Positions 14,771-24,328 of a stretch of DNA of 32,000 nt are shown piece after piece. Every line of letters starts with the position of its first letter. The stretch's first letter is position 1. The notes beneath the pieces are model-generated. The model made no database searches. It was not told where the DNA came from and saw only the letters and a list, made by a program, of their open reading frames with translations. The translations under genes and the position numbers were made by a program. Source of the DNA: Mycobacterium tuberculosis H37Rv (GTDB taxonomy: Bacteria > Actinomycetota > Actinomycetes > Mycobacteriales > Mycobacteriaceae); NCBI RefSeq assembly GCF_000195955.2, contig NC_000962.3:1590001-1622000 (forward strand), in the 5' to 3' direction.

Positions 14771-14788
14771 CGAGGCCTCCGAGGCCTC
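14771..14788. promoter_or_regulatory. Two tandem copies of the 8-bp palindrome GAGGCCTC in the Rv1428c/Rv1429 divergent region; candidate operator or 5'-UTR structure
   Basis: cGAGGCCTC cGAGGCCTC at 14771-14788, 12-29 nt upstream of the Rv1428c TTG start and about 90 nt upstream of the proposed regulator start. Confidence 0.3.
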
Positions 14789-14877
14789 ATTGCCGCGTCG
14801 GGTCTTTAGATGGTAGCGATGCACGGTGGATAGGCACACGCGGCAGGTCTGCTAGCAAGGACGAGAGGTGGTCCAGA

Positions 14878-16146
14878 GTGGCTGAAGCTGGTGGCGGGCC
14901 CATTTCGGTGATCGCCCGGCATATGCAGTTGATTCGCGATGACTTCATCTCCGAGTTGTTTGACAAGATGAAGGCGGAGATTCGGGGGCTGGATTACGAC
15001 GCGCGGATGGCGGACCTGTGGCGGGCGAGCATCACCGAGAATTTCGTGACGGCCGTTCACTATTTGGATCGCGATACGCCGCAGTCCTTGGTGGAGGCTC
15101 CAGCGGCCGCGCTGGCATACGCCCGCGCCGCGGCGCAGCGTGATATTCCGTTGTCCGGGTTGGTTCGGGCGCACCGGCTCGGGCATGCGCGTTTCTTGGA
15201 GGTGGCGATGCAGTACGTGTCGCTGCTGGAGCCCGCTGACCGGGTGTCGACGATCATCGAGCTGGTGAATCGCTCCGCTCGCCTCGTTGACCTGGTGGCC
15301 GACCAGTTGATTGTCGCCTATGAGCACGAACACGATCGCTGGCTGAGTCGCCGCAGCGGTCTGCAACAGCAATGGGTCAGCGAGCTGCTCGCCGATACCC
15401 CGGTCGACGTTCCGCGGGCCGAGCGCGCGTTGGGCTATCGGTTGGACGGTGTGCATATCGCCGCGGTGGTATGGGTCGATTCGGCGGTGCCCATCGGTGA
15501 TGTGGTGGCGCAATTCGACCAGGTGCGCTGCTTGCTGGCCGGGGAGCTGGGCCCCGAACTGGGCCCCGTGGCGAACTCGCTGATGGTGCCGACCGATGAG
15601 CGCGAGGCACGGCTGTGGTTTTCGCCCGCGCCCACGCGGGCCTTCGCCCCGTCGCGGATTCGCGCGGCGTTCGAGTCGGCGGGAATCCGGGCGCGTTTGG
15701 CGTGCGGTCGGGTAGGGGACGGGCTGCGTGGGTTCCGGGCGTCGTTGAAACAGGCCGAACGAGTGAAGGCGTTGGCCCTGGCCGGTGGCGCCCGGCCCGG
15801 CGGCCGGGTCATGTTTTATGACGATGTCGCGCCAGTCGCGTTGCTGGCCGACGATCTAGAGGAACTGCGGCGGTTCGTCACCGATGTGCTGGGTGACCTG
15901 AGTGTTGACGACGAGCGCAATAGCTGGCTACGCGAGACGTTACGGGAGTTCTTGCTGCGTAACCGCAGCTACGTCGCCACGGCCGACGCGATGATCCTGC
16001 ACCGCAACACCATTCAATACCGGGTGATCCAGGCGATGGAACTATGCGGACAGAATCTCGACGATCCCGATGCCGCGTTTCGGGTGCAGATGGCGCTGGA
16101 GGTCTGCCGCTGGATGGCACCGGCGGTGCTCCGCGCCAAACAATAG
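14878..16146 (+). CDS. PucR/CdaR-family transcriptional regulator (Rv1429)
   Basis: The C-terminal PucR-type HTH (SYVATADAMILHRNTIQYRVIQAMEL) is clear. The start is set at GTG 14878, preceded by AAGGACGAGAGG. The track start at 14701 overlaps Rv1428c and is rejected. The start codon is uncertain by a few tens of nt. Confidence 0.85.
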   Translation: MAEAGGGPISVIARHMQLIRDDFISELFDKMKAEIRGLDYDARMADLWRASITENFVTAVHYLDRDTPQSLVEAPAAALAYARAAAQRDIPLSGLVRAHRLGHARFLEVAMQYVSLLEPADRVSTIIELVNRSARLVDLVADQLIVAYEHEHDRWLSRRSGLQQQWVSELLADTPVDVPRAERALGYRLDGVHIAAVVWVDSAVPIGDVVAQFDQVRCLLAGELGPELGPVANSLMVPTDEREARLWFSPAPTRAFAPSRIRAAFESAGIRARLACGRVGDGLRGFRASLKQAERVKALALAGGARPGGRVMFYDDVAPVALLADDLEELRRFVTDVLGDLSVDDERNSWLRETLREFLLRNRSYVATADAMILHRNTIQYRVIQAMELCGQNLDDPDAAFRVQMALEVCRWMAPAVLRAKQ

Positions 16147-16279
16147 TGTCTCGGTAACCGCCGGTCCGTTCATGCCGTGCGCACAATCGTGGTCGTGAGC
16201 TTCGGTGTCGGCGCATATGGTCTCCGACGGATTCGGCGCCTAACGTTTGCCCACGTCAAACAACCCGACCAGAAAGCCA

Positions 16280-16310
16280 GCCGGGTCCGCCAGAGGGGGG
16301 CGGACCCGGC
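16280..16310. other. Perfect 12-bp GC-rich stem-loop between Rv1429 and PE16 (terminator or 5'-UTR element)
   Basis: GCCGGGTCCGCC-AGAGGGG-GGCGGACCCGGC. All 12 pairs are Watson-Crick (11 GC, 1 AT). It lies 134 nt after the Rv1429 stop and 76 nt before the PE16 ATG. Confidence 0.4.
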
Positions 16311-16385
16311 GTATACCCAATTCGCGTCGCTCGGTTCTAGTTGGGCGCTATCATCCGTTGCCACGGGGTTGGTCGGAAGGTCGGT

Positions 16386-17972
16386 ATGTCGTTCGTTTTC
16401 GCGGTGCCAGAGATGGTGGCGGCAACCGCTTCCGATTTGGCCAGCCTCGGAGCGGCGCTGAGCGAGGCCACCGCGGCGGCGGCTATCCCCACCACACAAG
16501 TACTGGCCGCGGCCGCCGATGAGGTGTCGGCGGCCATCGCGGAGTTGTTCGGTGCGCACGGCCAAGAATTTCAAGCGCTCAGCGCCCAGGCATCGGCGTT
16601 TCATGACCGGTTCGTGCGGGCCCTAAGCGCCGCAGCGGGCTGGTATGTCGACGCCGAGGCCGCCAACGCCGCGCTGGTGGACACCGCGGCCACCGGCGCG
16701 TCGGAGTTGGGGTCAGGTGGGCGCACGGCGCTGATTCTGGGCTCCACCGGAACCCCGCGACCGCCCTTCGACTACATGCAGCAGGTCTACGACCGCTACA
16801 TCGCACCCCACTACTTGGGCTATGCGTTTTCCGGCCTGTACACGCCCGCGCAGTTTCAGCCGTGGACCGGCATCCCCAGCCTGACCTACGACCAATCGGT
16901 CGCCGAAGGCGCCGGCTATCTTCACACCGCGATCATGCAGCAAGTCGCGGCCGGCAATGACGTTGTGGTGTTGGGTTTCTCGCAGGGCGCGTCGGTCGCC
17001 ACCCTGGAAATGCGCCATCTGGCAAGCCTGCCGGCCGGCGTCGCGCCGAGTCCGGATCAGCTCTCGTTCGTATTGCTGGGCAACCCCAACAACCCAAACG
17101 GGGGCATCCTCGCCCGGTTTCCGGGTCTGTACCTGCAGTCGCTCGGCCTGACGTTCAACGGTGCGACCCCGGACACCGACTACGCGACCACCATTTACAC
17201 GACCCAATACGACGGCTTTGCCGACTTCCCGAAGTACCCGCTCAACATCCTGGCGGACGTCAACGCGCTGCTGGGTATTTACTATTCGCACAGCTTGTAT
17301 TACGGGCTCACGCCCGAGCAGGTCGCTTCGGGTATCGTCCTGCCGGTGTCTTCGCCGGACACCAACACCACCTATATTCTGCTTCCCAACGAGGATCTGC
17401 CGCTGCTGCAGCCGCTGCGCGGTATTGTGCCCGAGCCGCTGCTGGATCTCATCGAGCCAGACCTGCGCGCGATCATCGAATTGGGTTATGACCGAACCGG
17501 ATACGCCGATGTTCCGACCCCGGCCGCACTGTTCCCGGTGCACATCGACCCGATCGCAGTCCCGCCCCAGATAGGCGCTGCGATCGGTGGTCCGCTCACC
17601 GCCCTGGATGGCTTGCTCGACACCGTGATCAACGATCAACTCAATCCCGTCGTAACGTCGGGCATCTATCAGGCCGGTGCTGAGCTGTCGGTGGCCGCGG
17701 CCGGCTACGGTGCTCCCGCAGGCGTCACCAATGCCATTTTTATTGGGCAGCAAGTGTTGCCGATTTTGGTGGAAGGCCCCGGTGCCTTGGTGACGGCCGA
17801 CACCCATTACCTGGTCGATGCGATTCAGGATTTGGCCGCCGGTGACCTCAGCGGGTTCAACCAAAACCTGCAACTCATCCCGGCTACCAACATAGCCCTG
17901 CTGGTCTTCGCGGCCGGAATTCCCGCTGTGGCGGCCGTCGCCATCCTTACCGGTCAGGATTTTCCGGTATAG
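16386..17972 (+). CDS. PE16: PE family protein PE16 with a PE-PPE (alpha/beta-hydrolase, esterase) domain (Rv1430)
   Basis: ATG 16386 gives 528 aa. Canonical PE domain ([25 protein letters not shown]...[32 protein letters not shown]). Serine-hydrolase elbow GFSQGA. Hydrophobic C-terminal segment ([22 protein letters not shown]). Confidence 0.95.
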   Translation: MSFVFAVPEMVAATASDLASLGAALSEATAAAAIPTTQVLAAAADEVSAAIAELFGAHGQEFQALSAQASAFHDRFVRALSAAAGWYVDAEAANAALVDTAATGASELGSGGRTALILGSTGTPRPPFDYMQQVYDRYIAPHYLGYAFSGLYTPAQFQPWTGIPSLTYDQSVAEGAGYLHTAIMQQVAAGNDVVVLGFSQGASVATLEMRHLASLPAGVAPSPDQLSFVLLGNPNNPNGGILARFPGLYLQSLGLTFNGATPDTDYATTIYTTQYDGFADFPKYPLNILADVNALLGIYYSHSLYYGLTPEQVASGIVLPVSSPDTNTTYILLPNEDLPLLQPLRGIVPEPLLDLIEPDLRAIIELGYDRTGYADVPTPAALFPVHIDPIAVPPQIGAAIGGPLTALDGLLDTVINDQLNPVVTSGIYQAGAELSVAAAGYGAPAGVTNAIFIGQQVLPILVEGPGALVTADTHYLVDAIQDLAAGDLSGFNQNLQLIPATNIALLVFAAGIPAVAAVAILTGQDFPV

Positions 17973-18082
17973 GCCCCCGGCCCCCGCTGTACCGAGCTCG
18001 GCCAGTGAAGAACAACCCCAGGCGTTGCCAGTCCGAATAGATTGTATTCGTCAGCCGGCGCAGGACAGGAAGCGAGGCCGCC

Positions 18083-19852
18083 ATGGGATTTCTGAAGCCC
18101 GATCTTCCCGACGTCGATCACGACACCTGGTTGACCCAGCCACGCCGGACACGATTGCAGGTCGTGACACGGGACTGGGTAGAACACGGTTTCGGAACGC
18201 CGTATGCGGTGTACCTGCTCTATCTGACCAAGATTGCGGTGTACGTCGCCGCCGGCGCCGCGATCATCTCGCTGAACCCCGGACTGGGCGGGCTGAGCCG
18301 CATAGGCGACTGGTGGACACAGCCGATCGTGTACCAGAAGGTCATCGTCTTCACGTTGCTGTTCGAGGTTTTGGGTTTTGGCTGCGGATCCGGCCCGCTG
18401 ACCGGGCGGTTTTGGCCACCCATCGGGGGCTTCCTTTATTGGTTGCGGCCCAACACAATTCGGCTGCCTGCTTGGCCGGATAAGGTCCCGTTCACCCAAG
18501 GCGACACCCGCACCGTCGTCGACGTCGCCTTGTATGCCATCGTGTTGATCGGCGGGGTGTGGGCGCTGTTGTCACCCGGCTCGCCAGGTCCGGGGGGAAC
18601 GCCGGTCACCGCCGCCGGCGACGTCGGCCTGATCAACCCGGTGCTGGTAGTGCCGACGATCGTCGCCCTGGGCGTCTTGGGGCTGCGTGACAAGACGATC
18701 TTTCTTGCCGCCCGCGGCGAACACTACTGGCTGAAGCTATTCGTGTTCTTTTTTCCCTTCACCGACCAGATCGCGGCGTTCAAGATCATCATGCTGTGCT
18801 TGTGGTGGGGGGCGGCGACTTCCAAACTCAACCACCATTTCCCCTACGTCGTCGCGGTGATGACCAGCAACAACGCCCTGTTGCGCAGCAGAGTGTTCAA
18901 CCCGATCAAGCACCTGCTTTACCGCGACCACGCCAACGATCTGCGGCCCTCCTGGCTACCGAAACTCATGGCCCACGGGGGTGGCACCACGGCGGAATTC
19001 CTGGTGCCCGGGATTCTGGTGCTCGTCGCCGACGGTCACCCATGGCGGTGGTTCCTCATCGGGTTCATGGTGCTCTTTCACCTCAACATCCTGTCCAACC
19101 TCCCGATGGGGGTCCCGTTGGAGTGGAACGTGTTCTTCATCTTCTCGCTGTGCTATCTATTCGGCCACTACGGCGCGATCACTGCCACCGACCTTCGGTC
19201 GCCGTTGCTGCTGGCGATCGTGATCGCGGTGGTTGCCGTGGTGATCATGGGAAACCTGTTGCCCGAAAAGATTTCGTTTCTGCCCGCCATGCGCTACTAC
19301 GCCGGCAACTGGGCCACCAGCATCTGGTGCTTCCGAGGTGATGCGGAAGCCACCATGGAAACCAGCGTCGTGAAAAGCTCTGCGCTGGTGGTCAATCAGC
19401 TGGCCAAGCTCTACGACGGGGCCACGGCCGAAATCATGACCGACAAGGTCGCCGCATTCCGGGCCATGCACACCCACGGCAGGGCGCTCAACGGCCTGCT
19501 GCCCCGCGCTCTCGATGACGAAGCTCACTACCGCATCCGCGAGGGCGAAATCGTGGCCGGGCCACTGGTCGGGTGGAATTTCGGCGAGGGCCATCTGCAC
19601 AACGAGCAGCTGGTGGCCGCCGTGCAGCGGCGGTGCAACTTCGCCGACGGCGATCTGCGGGTGATCATTCTCGAAGGTCAGCCCATCCACGTTCAGAAGC
19701 AGTGGTATCGCATTGTCGACGCCAAGACCGGTTTGTTCGAGGCCGGTTACGTCACGGTCGAGGACATGTTGAGCCGCCAGCCATGGCCCGAGCCCGGTGA
19801 CGAGTTCCCGGTTCACGTCACGACGCAACGCGGCACGCCATCAAAGCCATGA
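18083..19852 (+). CDS. Polytopic conserved membrane protein of unknown function with a soluble C-terminal domain (Rv1431)
   Basis: 589-aa ORF. ATG preceded by GGAAGCGAGG. About 8-9 hydrophobic helices in the first ~400 aa, then a ~180-aa hydrophilic tail. The stop overlaps the start of the next gene (ATGA). Confidence 0.88.
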   Translation: MGFLKPDLPDVDHDTWLTQPRRTRLQVVTRDWVEHGFGTPYAVYLLYLTKIAVYVAAGAAIISLNPGLGGLSRIGDWWTQPIVYQKVIVFTLLFEVLGFGCGSGPLTGRFWPPIGGFLYWLRPNTIRLPAWPDKVPFTQGDTRTVVDVALYAIVLIGGVWALLSPGSPGPGGTPVTAAGDVGLINPVLVVPTIVALGVLGLRDKTIFLAARGEHYWLKLFVFFFPFTDQIAAFKIIMLCLWWGAATSKLNHHFPYVVAVMTSNNALLRSRVFNPIKHLLYRDHANDLRPSWLPKLMAHGGGTTAEFLVPGILVLVADGHPWRWFLIGFMVLFHLNILSNLPMGVPLEWNVFFIFSLCYLFGHYGAITATDLRSPLLLAIVIAVVAVVIMGNLLPEKISFLPAMRYYAGNWATSIWCFRGDAEATMETSVVKSSALVVNQLAKLYDGATAEIMTDKVAAFRAMHTHGRALNGLLPRALDDEAHYRIREGEIVAGPLVGWNFGEGHLHNEQLVAAVQRRCNFADGDLRVIILEGQPIHVQKQWYRIVDAKTGLFEAGYVTVEDMLSRQPWPEPGDEFPVHVTTQRGTPSKP

Positions 19853-21270
19853 CGACCGCGGTCGTCGTCGGAGCCGGGCCCAACGGCCTGGCCGCGGCGA
19901 TCCACCTGGCCCGTCACGGTGTCGACGTGCAGGTGCTGGAGGCGCGCGACACCATCGGCGGGGGAGCACGCTCCGGTGAGCTGACGGTGCCCGGGGTCAT
20001 CCACGACCACTGTTCGGCGTTTCATCCGCTGGGCGTCGGGTCGCCATTCTGGGCGGCGATCGACCTGCAACGCTACGGGCTGACGTGGAAGTGGCCGGAC
20101 GTCGACTGCGCACACCCACTCGATGACGGCACCGCGGGCGTGCTATATCGGTCGATCGAAGCCACCGCCGCCGGCCTGGGTCCCGACGGCAAGCGGTGGC
20201 AGCGCGCCGTGGGTGACCTCGCCGCCGGATTCGATGAGCTGGCCGAGGATCTGCTGCGCCCGGTGCTCAACATGCCGCGTCACCCGATCCGCCTGGCCCG
20301 CTTTGGTCCGCGCGCGGCGCTGCCGGCCACCGCCATGGCGCGTCGGTTTCACACCGAGCGGGCGCGCGCGTTGTTCGGCGGCGCCGCGGCGCACGTCTAC
20401 ACCAGGTTGGATCGGCCGCTGACCGCGTCGCTGGGGTTGATGATCCTGGCCAGCGGCCATCGCCACGGTTGGCCGGTCGCCCGGGGCGGATCCGGGTCGA
20501 TCACGAAGGCGCTGGCCGCGGCCCTGGACGCGTACGGCGGCACCGTCGCCACCGGGGTGACCGTCACCAGCCGCCGCGACATCCCCGACGCCGACATCGT
20601 GATGCTCGACCTCAGCCCGGCCGCGGTGCTCGGGATCTACGGCGATGTGATGCCCACCCGCATCAACCGGTCCTATCGGCGCTACCGCGCCGGATCGTCG
20701 GCCTTCAAGGTCGACTTCGCCATCGAGGGCGACGTTGGGTGGACCAACCCCGATTGCCGGCGCGCGGGCACCGTCCACCTGGGCGGGACCTTCGCGGAAA
20801 TCGCAGACACCGAACGTCAACGCGCCCAAGGCACGATGGTGCAGCGACCATTCGTGCTCGTCGGGCAGCAGTACCTCGCCGACCCGTCCCGCTCGGTCGG
20901 CAACATCAACCCCATCTGGGCCTACGCGCACGTGCCGTTCGGCTACACCGGCGACGCCACCGCCGCCGTCATCGACCAGATCGAGCGGTTCGCCCCCGGA
21001 TTCCGCGACCGCATCGTGGCAACCGTCAGCACCTCCACCACCGAACTGCAAACGTACAACCGCAACTTCATCGGCGGAGACATTATCGGCGGCGCCAACG
21101 ACCGGCTGCAGGTCATCTTCCGCCCGCGCGTGGCCGTCGATCCGTATGCGATCGGTGTGCCGGGTGTCTATCTGTGTTCACAGTCCGCGCCACCCGGTGC
21201 CGGGATCCACGGATTGTGTGGCTACCACGCCGCCGAATCGGCGCTGAGGTGGCTGCGCAAGCGACGTTGA
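19849..21270 (+). CDS. FAD/NAD(P)-dependent oxidoreductase of the phytoene-desaturase (CrtI)-like family (Rv1432)
   Basis: 473-aa ORF. N-terminal dinucleotide-binding fold AVVVGAGPNGLAAAIHLARHGVDVQVLE...GGGARS. Length and C-terminal pattern (GVYLCSQSAPPGAGIHG) are typical of the CrtI/amine-oxidase superfamily. Confidence 0.92.
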   Translation: MTTAVVVGAGPNGLAAAIHLARHGVDVQVLEARDTIGGGARSGELTVPGVIHDHCSAFHPLGVGSPFWAAIDLQRYGLTWKWPDVDCAHPLDDGTAGVLYRSIEATAAGLGPDGKRWQRAVGDLAAGFDELAEDLLRPVLNMPRHPIRLARFGPRAALPATAMARRFHTERARALFGGAAAHVYTRLDRPLTASLGLMILASGHRHGWPVARGGSGSITKALAAALDAYGGTVATGVTVTSRRDIPDADIVMLDLSPAAVLGIYGDVMPTRINRSYRRYRAGSSAFKVDFAIEGDVGWTNPDCRRAGTVHLGGTFAEIADTERQRAQGTMVQRPFVLVGQQYLADPSRSVGNINPIWAYAHVPFGYTGDATAAVIDQIERFAPGFRDRIVATVSTSTTELQTYNRNFIGGDIIGGANDRLQVIFRPRVAVDPYAIGVPGVYLCSQSAPPGAGIHGLCGYHAAESALRWLRKRR

Positions 21271-21433
21271 CGCAGGTCATCGTCGAGATCGACGTTAGCG
21301 CGACGTCCACTCGTGCCGTAGCCAAAACGTGACGGAGGTTTGATCGAATTGCTAAGGCGCGCCTGCACTTCCACTCTTCAATGCACCTCTACCATCACTG
21401 GTGCAACTGTGTCGTTGACAGGGAATTGGAGCC

Positions 21434-22249
21434 ATGCGGGCGGTTTTTGGGTGTGCTATTGCCGTCGTCGGGATCGCTGGGAGCGTGGTTGCGGGGCCGG
21501 CCGACATACACCTGGTGGCGGCGAAGCAGTCTTACGGGTTCGCCGTCGCGTCGGTGCTACCAACGCGCGGCCAGGTGGTGGGCGTGGCGCACCCCGTGGT
21601 GGTGACGTTCAGTGCGCCGATAACTAACCCAGCCAATCGGCACGCGGCCGAGCGCGCCGTTGAAGTCAAATCGACGCCCGCGATGACCGGCAAGTTCGAA
21701 TGGCTCGACAACGACGTTGTGCAGTGGGTTCCCGACCGCTTCTGGCCGGCGCACAGCACGGTGGAGCTTTCGGTGGGCAGCCTGTCGAGCGATTTCAAGA
21801 CGGGTCCCGCCGTCGTCGGGGTTGCCAGCATCTCCCAGCACACGTTCACCGTGAGTATCGACGGAGTCGAGGAGGGACCGCCGCCTCCGCTGCCGGCGCC
21901 GCACCACCGAGTGCACTTCGGCGAAGATGGGGTGATGCCGGCATCGATGGGTAGACCGGAATACCCGACGCCGGTCGGCTCCTACACTGTCTTGTCCAAG
22001 GAACGCTCGGTGATTATGGATTCGAGCAGCGTCGGCATCCCCGTCGACGATCCCGATGGTTACCGGCTTTCGGTGGATTATGCCGTCCGCATCACCAGCC
22101 GCGGCCTCTACGTGCATTCAGCCCCGTGGGCCCTTCCAGCACTGGGACTTGAAAATGTCAGCCACGGCTGCATAAGCCTGAGCCGCGAGGACGCAGAGTG
22201 GTATTACAACGCGGTCGACATTGGCGACCCGGTCATTGTGCAGGAATAG
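21434..22249 (+). CDS. L,D-transpeptidase (YkuD domain), LdtMt3 (Rv1433)
   Basis: 271-aa ORF. N-terminal signal/anchor (MRAVFGCAIAVVGIAGSVVAGPA). Catalytic motif HSAPW...NVSHGCISLS. Confidence 0.93.
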   Translation: MRAVFGCAIAVVGIAGSVVAGPADIHLVAAKQSYGFAVASVLPTRGQVVGVAHPVVVTFSAPITNPANRHAAERAVEVKSTPAMTGKFEWLDNDVVQWVPDRFWPAHSTVELSVGSLSSDFKTGPAVVGVASISQHTFTVSIDGVEEGPPPPLPAPHHRVHFGEDGVMPASMGRPEYPTPVGSYTVLSKERSVIMDSSSVGIPVDDPDGYRLSVDYAVRITSRGLYVHSAPWALPALGLENVSHGCISLSREDAEWYYNAVDIGDPVIVQE

Positions 22250-22256
22250 CAGCTGA

Positions 22257-22273
22257 TGCGGGCGTCGCCCGCA
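22257..22273 (+). terminator. GC-rich stem-loop directly after the L,D-transpeptidase stop; candidate factor-independent terminator
   Basis: TGCGGGC-GTC-GCCCGCA (7-bp stem, 3-nt loop), 8 nt after the TAG at 22247-22249. There is no U-tract, as is common in mycobacteria. Confidence 0.3.
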
Positions 22274-22341
22274 GAGCGCGTCGACGGCGCGTACGCGGGT
22301 GCGGGGCCTCACACCCAGTCCGTCCTGGAAGAGGACCAGCG

Positions 22342-22941
22342 TCAGCGCGCACCTGCGGGCGCAGAGGCCGAAGGACCGGGCAGAACCGGCTGACCAGGCA
22401 CCGGTCCGCCAGCTGGCGCCGGATCGGTCAGCGCATCCTTGACCCCGGACATGCCAATGATGGGAGCACTGACCACACCATCCCCGGGAGCACCAGCCAG
22501 GACCGGCCCAAGCGCAATCAGCGGAGTTCCGACCGGTATCACCGGAGCCGGAACGGCGGGTACCGGTACCGGTGCGCCCGGTATCGGTACCGGTCCGCCG
22601 GGGATTGGTACCGGTGCGCCCGGTATCGGTACCGGTGCGCCAGGGATTGGTACCGGTGCGCCGATGGGCACCGGTGCAGCTGCCGGCACTGGCCCAGGCG
22701 CGACGAACGGAACACCAGCCATGTCAGTAAGTGCGGCACTGCACGCTCCCGCGGCTGCCGGTCCACCGGCAGCCACCGGGTCGCCGGCGGCTACCGGCGC
22801 GTCGCCCGCCATGCCCTGGATGCACGCGTAGCCACCCGTCATCAGCGGGTCAGCCGCCGCGTCCGGGCTTAACGCTATAGCAGCTGCAAACAACCCAGCG
22901 CCGGCAATTACTTTGATGTTGAACCGATTGACGATCGCCAT
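22342..22941 (-). CDS. Pro/Gly/Val-rich secreted protein with heptad repeats (Rv1435c)
   Basis: ORF with signal peptide MAIVNRFNIKVIAGAGLFAAAIALSPDAAADP. The ATG at 22941 lies 9 nt downstream of AGAGGAGAG. Alternative starts are TTG 22950 (202 aa, abuts the SD) and ATG 22983 (213 aa, would contain the SD). The central part is GAPVPIP repeats. Confidence 0.85.
   Translation of the reverse strand: MAIVNRFNIKVIAGAGLFAAAIALSPDAAADPLMTGGYACIQGMAGDAPVAAGDPVAAGGPAAAGACSAALTDMAGVPFVAPGPVPAAAPVPIGAPVPIPGAPVPIPGAPVPIPGGPVPIPGAPVPVPAVPAPVIPVGTPLIALGPVLAGAPGDGVVSAPIIGMSGVKDALTDPAPAGGPVPGQPVLPGPSASAPAGAR
22565..22669. repeat. Tandem repeat, 21-bp unit x5 (VNTR-type) inside Rv1435c
   Basis: Units read directly from the sequence: GGTACCGGTGCGCCCGGTATC (22565-85), GGTACCGGTCCGCCGGGGATT, GGTACCGGTGCGCCCGGTATC (identical to unit 1), GGTACCGGTGCGCCAGGGATT, GGTACCGGTGCGCCGATGGGC. 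The repeat is in-frame (7 codons) and encodes GAPVPIP on the minus strand. Confidence 0.9.
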
Positions 22942-23291
22942 CAGCGTCAACTCTCCTCTATTCGCGCGCAGATATTTCCGCAATCAATTTGGTTCAGCAG
23001 AACCGCATAGCCGTATCGAGTTCCTTTTCGACCATCGGCTCAATTGTCAGCATCCTATGGGGAACATGAGCCCCGCCGCACCGGGCCGTTTCCAAATGGT
23101 GACGTCACAACGGTGTCACAAGCCAGCGCAATGTCCGCGGTAGGGACGCGGCGGCTGGGATCGGTGGGGTGAGCGCCCGGCTTCTCAAAGCGAGGGGAGC
23201 CCCGGGACTCTTACCGGCCGAAGGCGGCGGGTGTCACTGATCTAGGCTGACGGCCAGTGGTTGTTTAGCCAACAAGGATGACAACAAATAA

Positions 23292-24326
<1,035 letters not shown>

Positions 24327-24328
24327 CC

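Noticed and set aside
14701-14877. Upstream extension of the PucR regulator ORF (track start 14701)
   Set aside because: It would overlap the divergent Rv1428c start region and its leader. The extra residues are Pro/Ser/Arg-rich. GTG 14878 has a good SD-like AAGGACGAGAGG upstream.
17995-18004. Palindrome CCGAGCTCGG after the PE16 stop as a terminator
   Set aside because: It is a 10-bp palindrome with no loop, and the flanking complementarity is imperfect. The predicted stem is too weak to call.
22256-22393. 45-aa plus-strand ORF (MRASPAERVDGAYAG...), which I recall is annotated as hypothetical Rv1434 in H37Rv
   Set aside because: Its ATG sits inside the terminator-like hairpin after the L,D-transpeptidase gene. 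The SD is weak, the ORF overlaps the 3' end of the convergent Rv1435c by ~50 nt, and its composition is typical of a random GC-rich frame. I would not call it without expression or conservation evidence.
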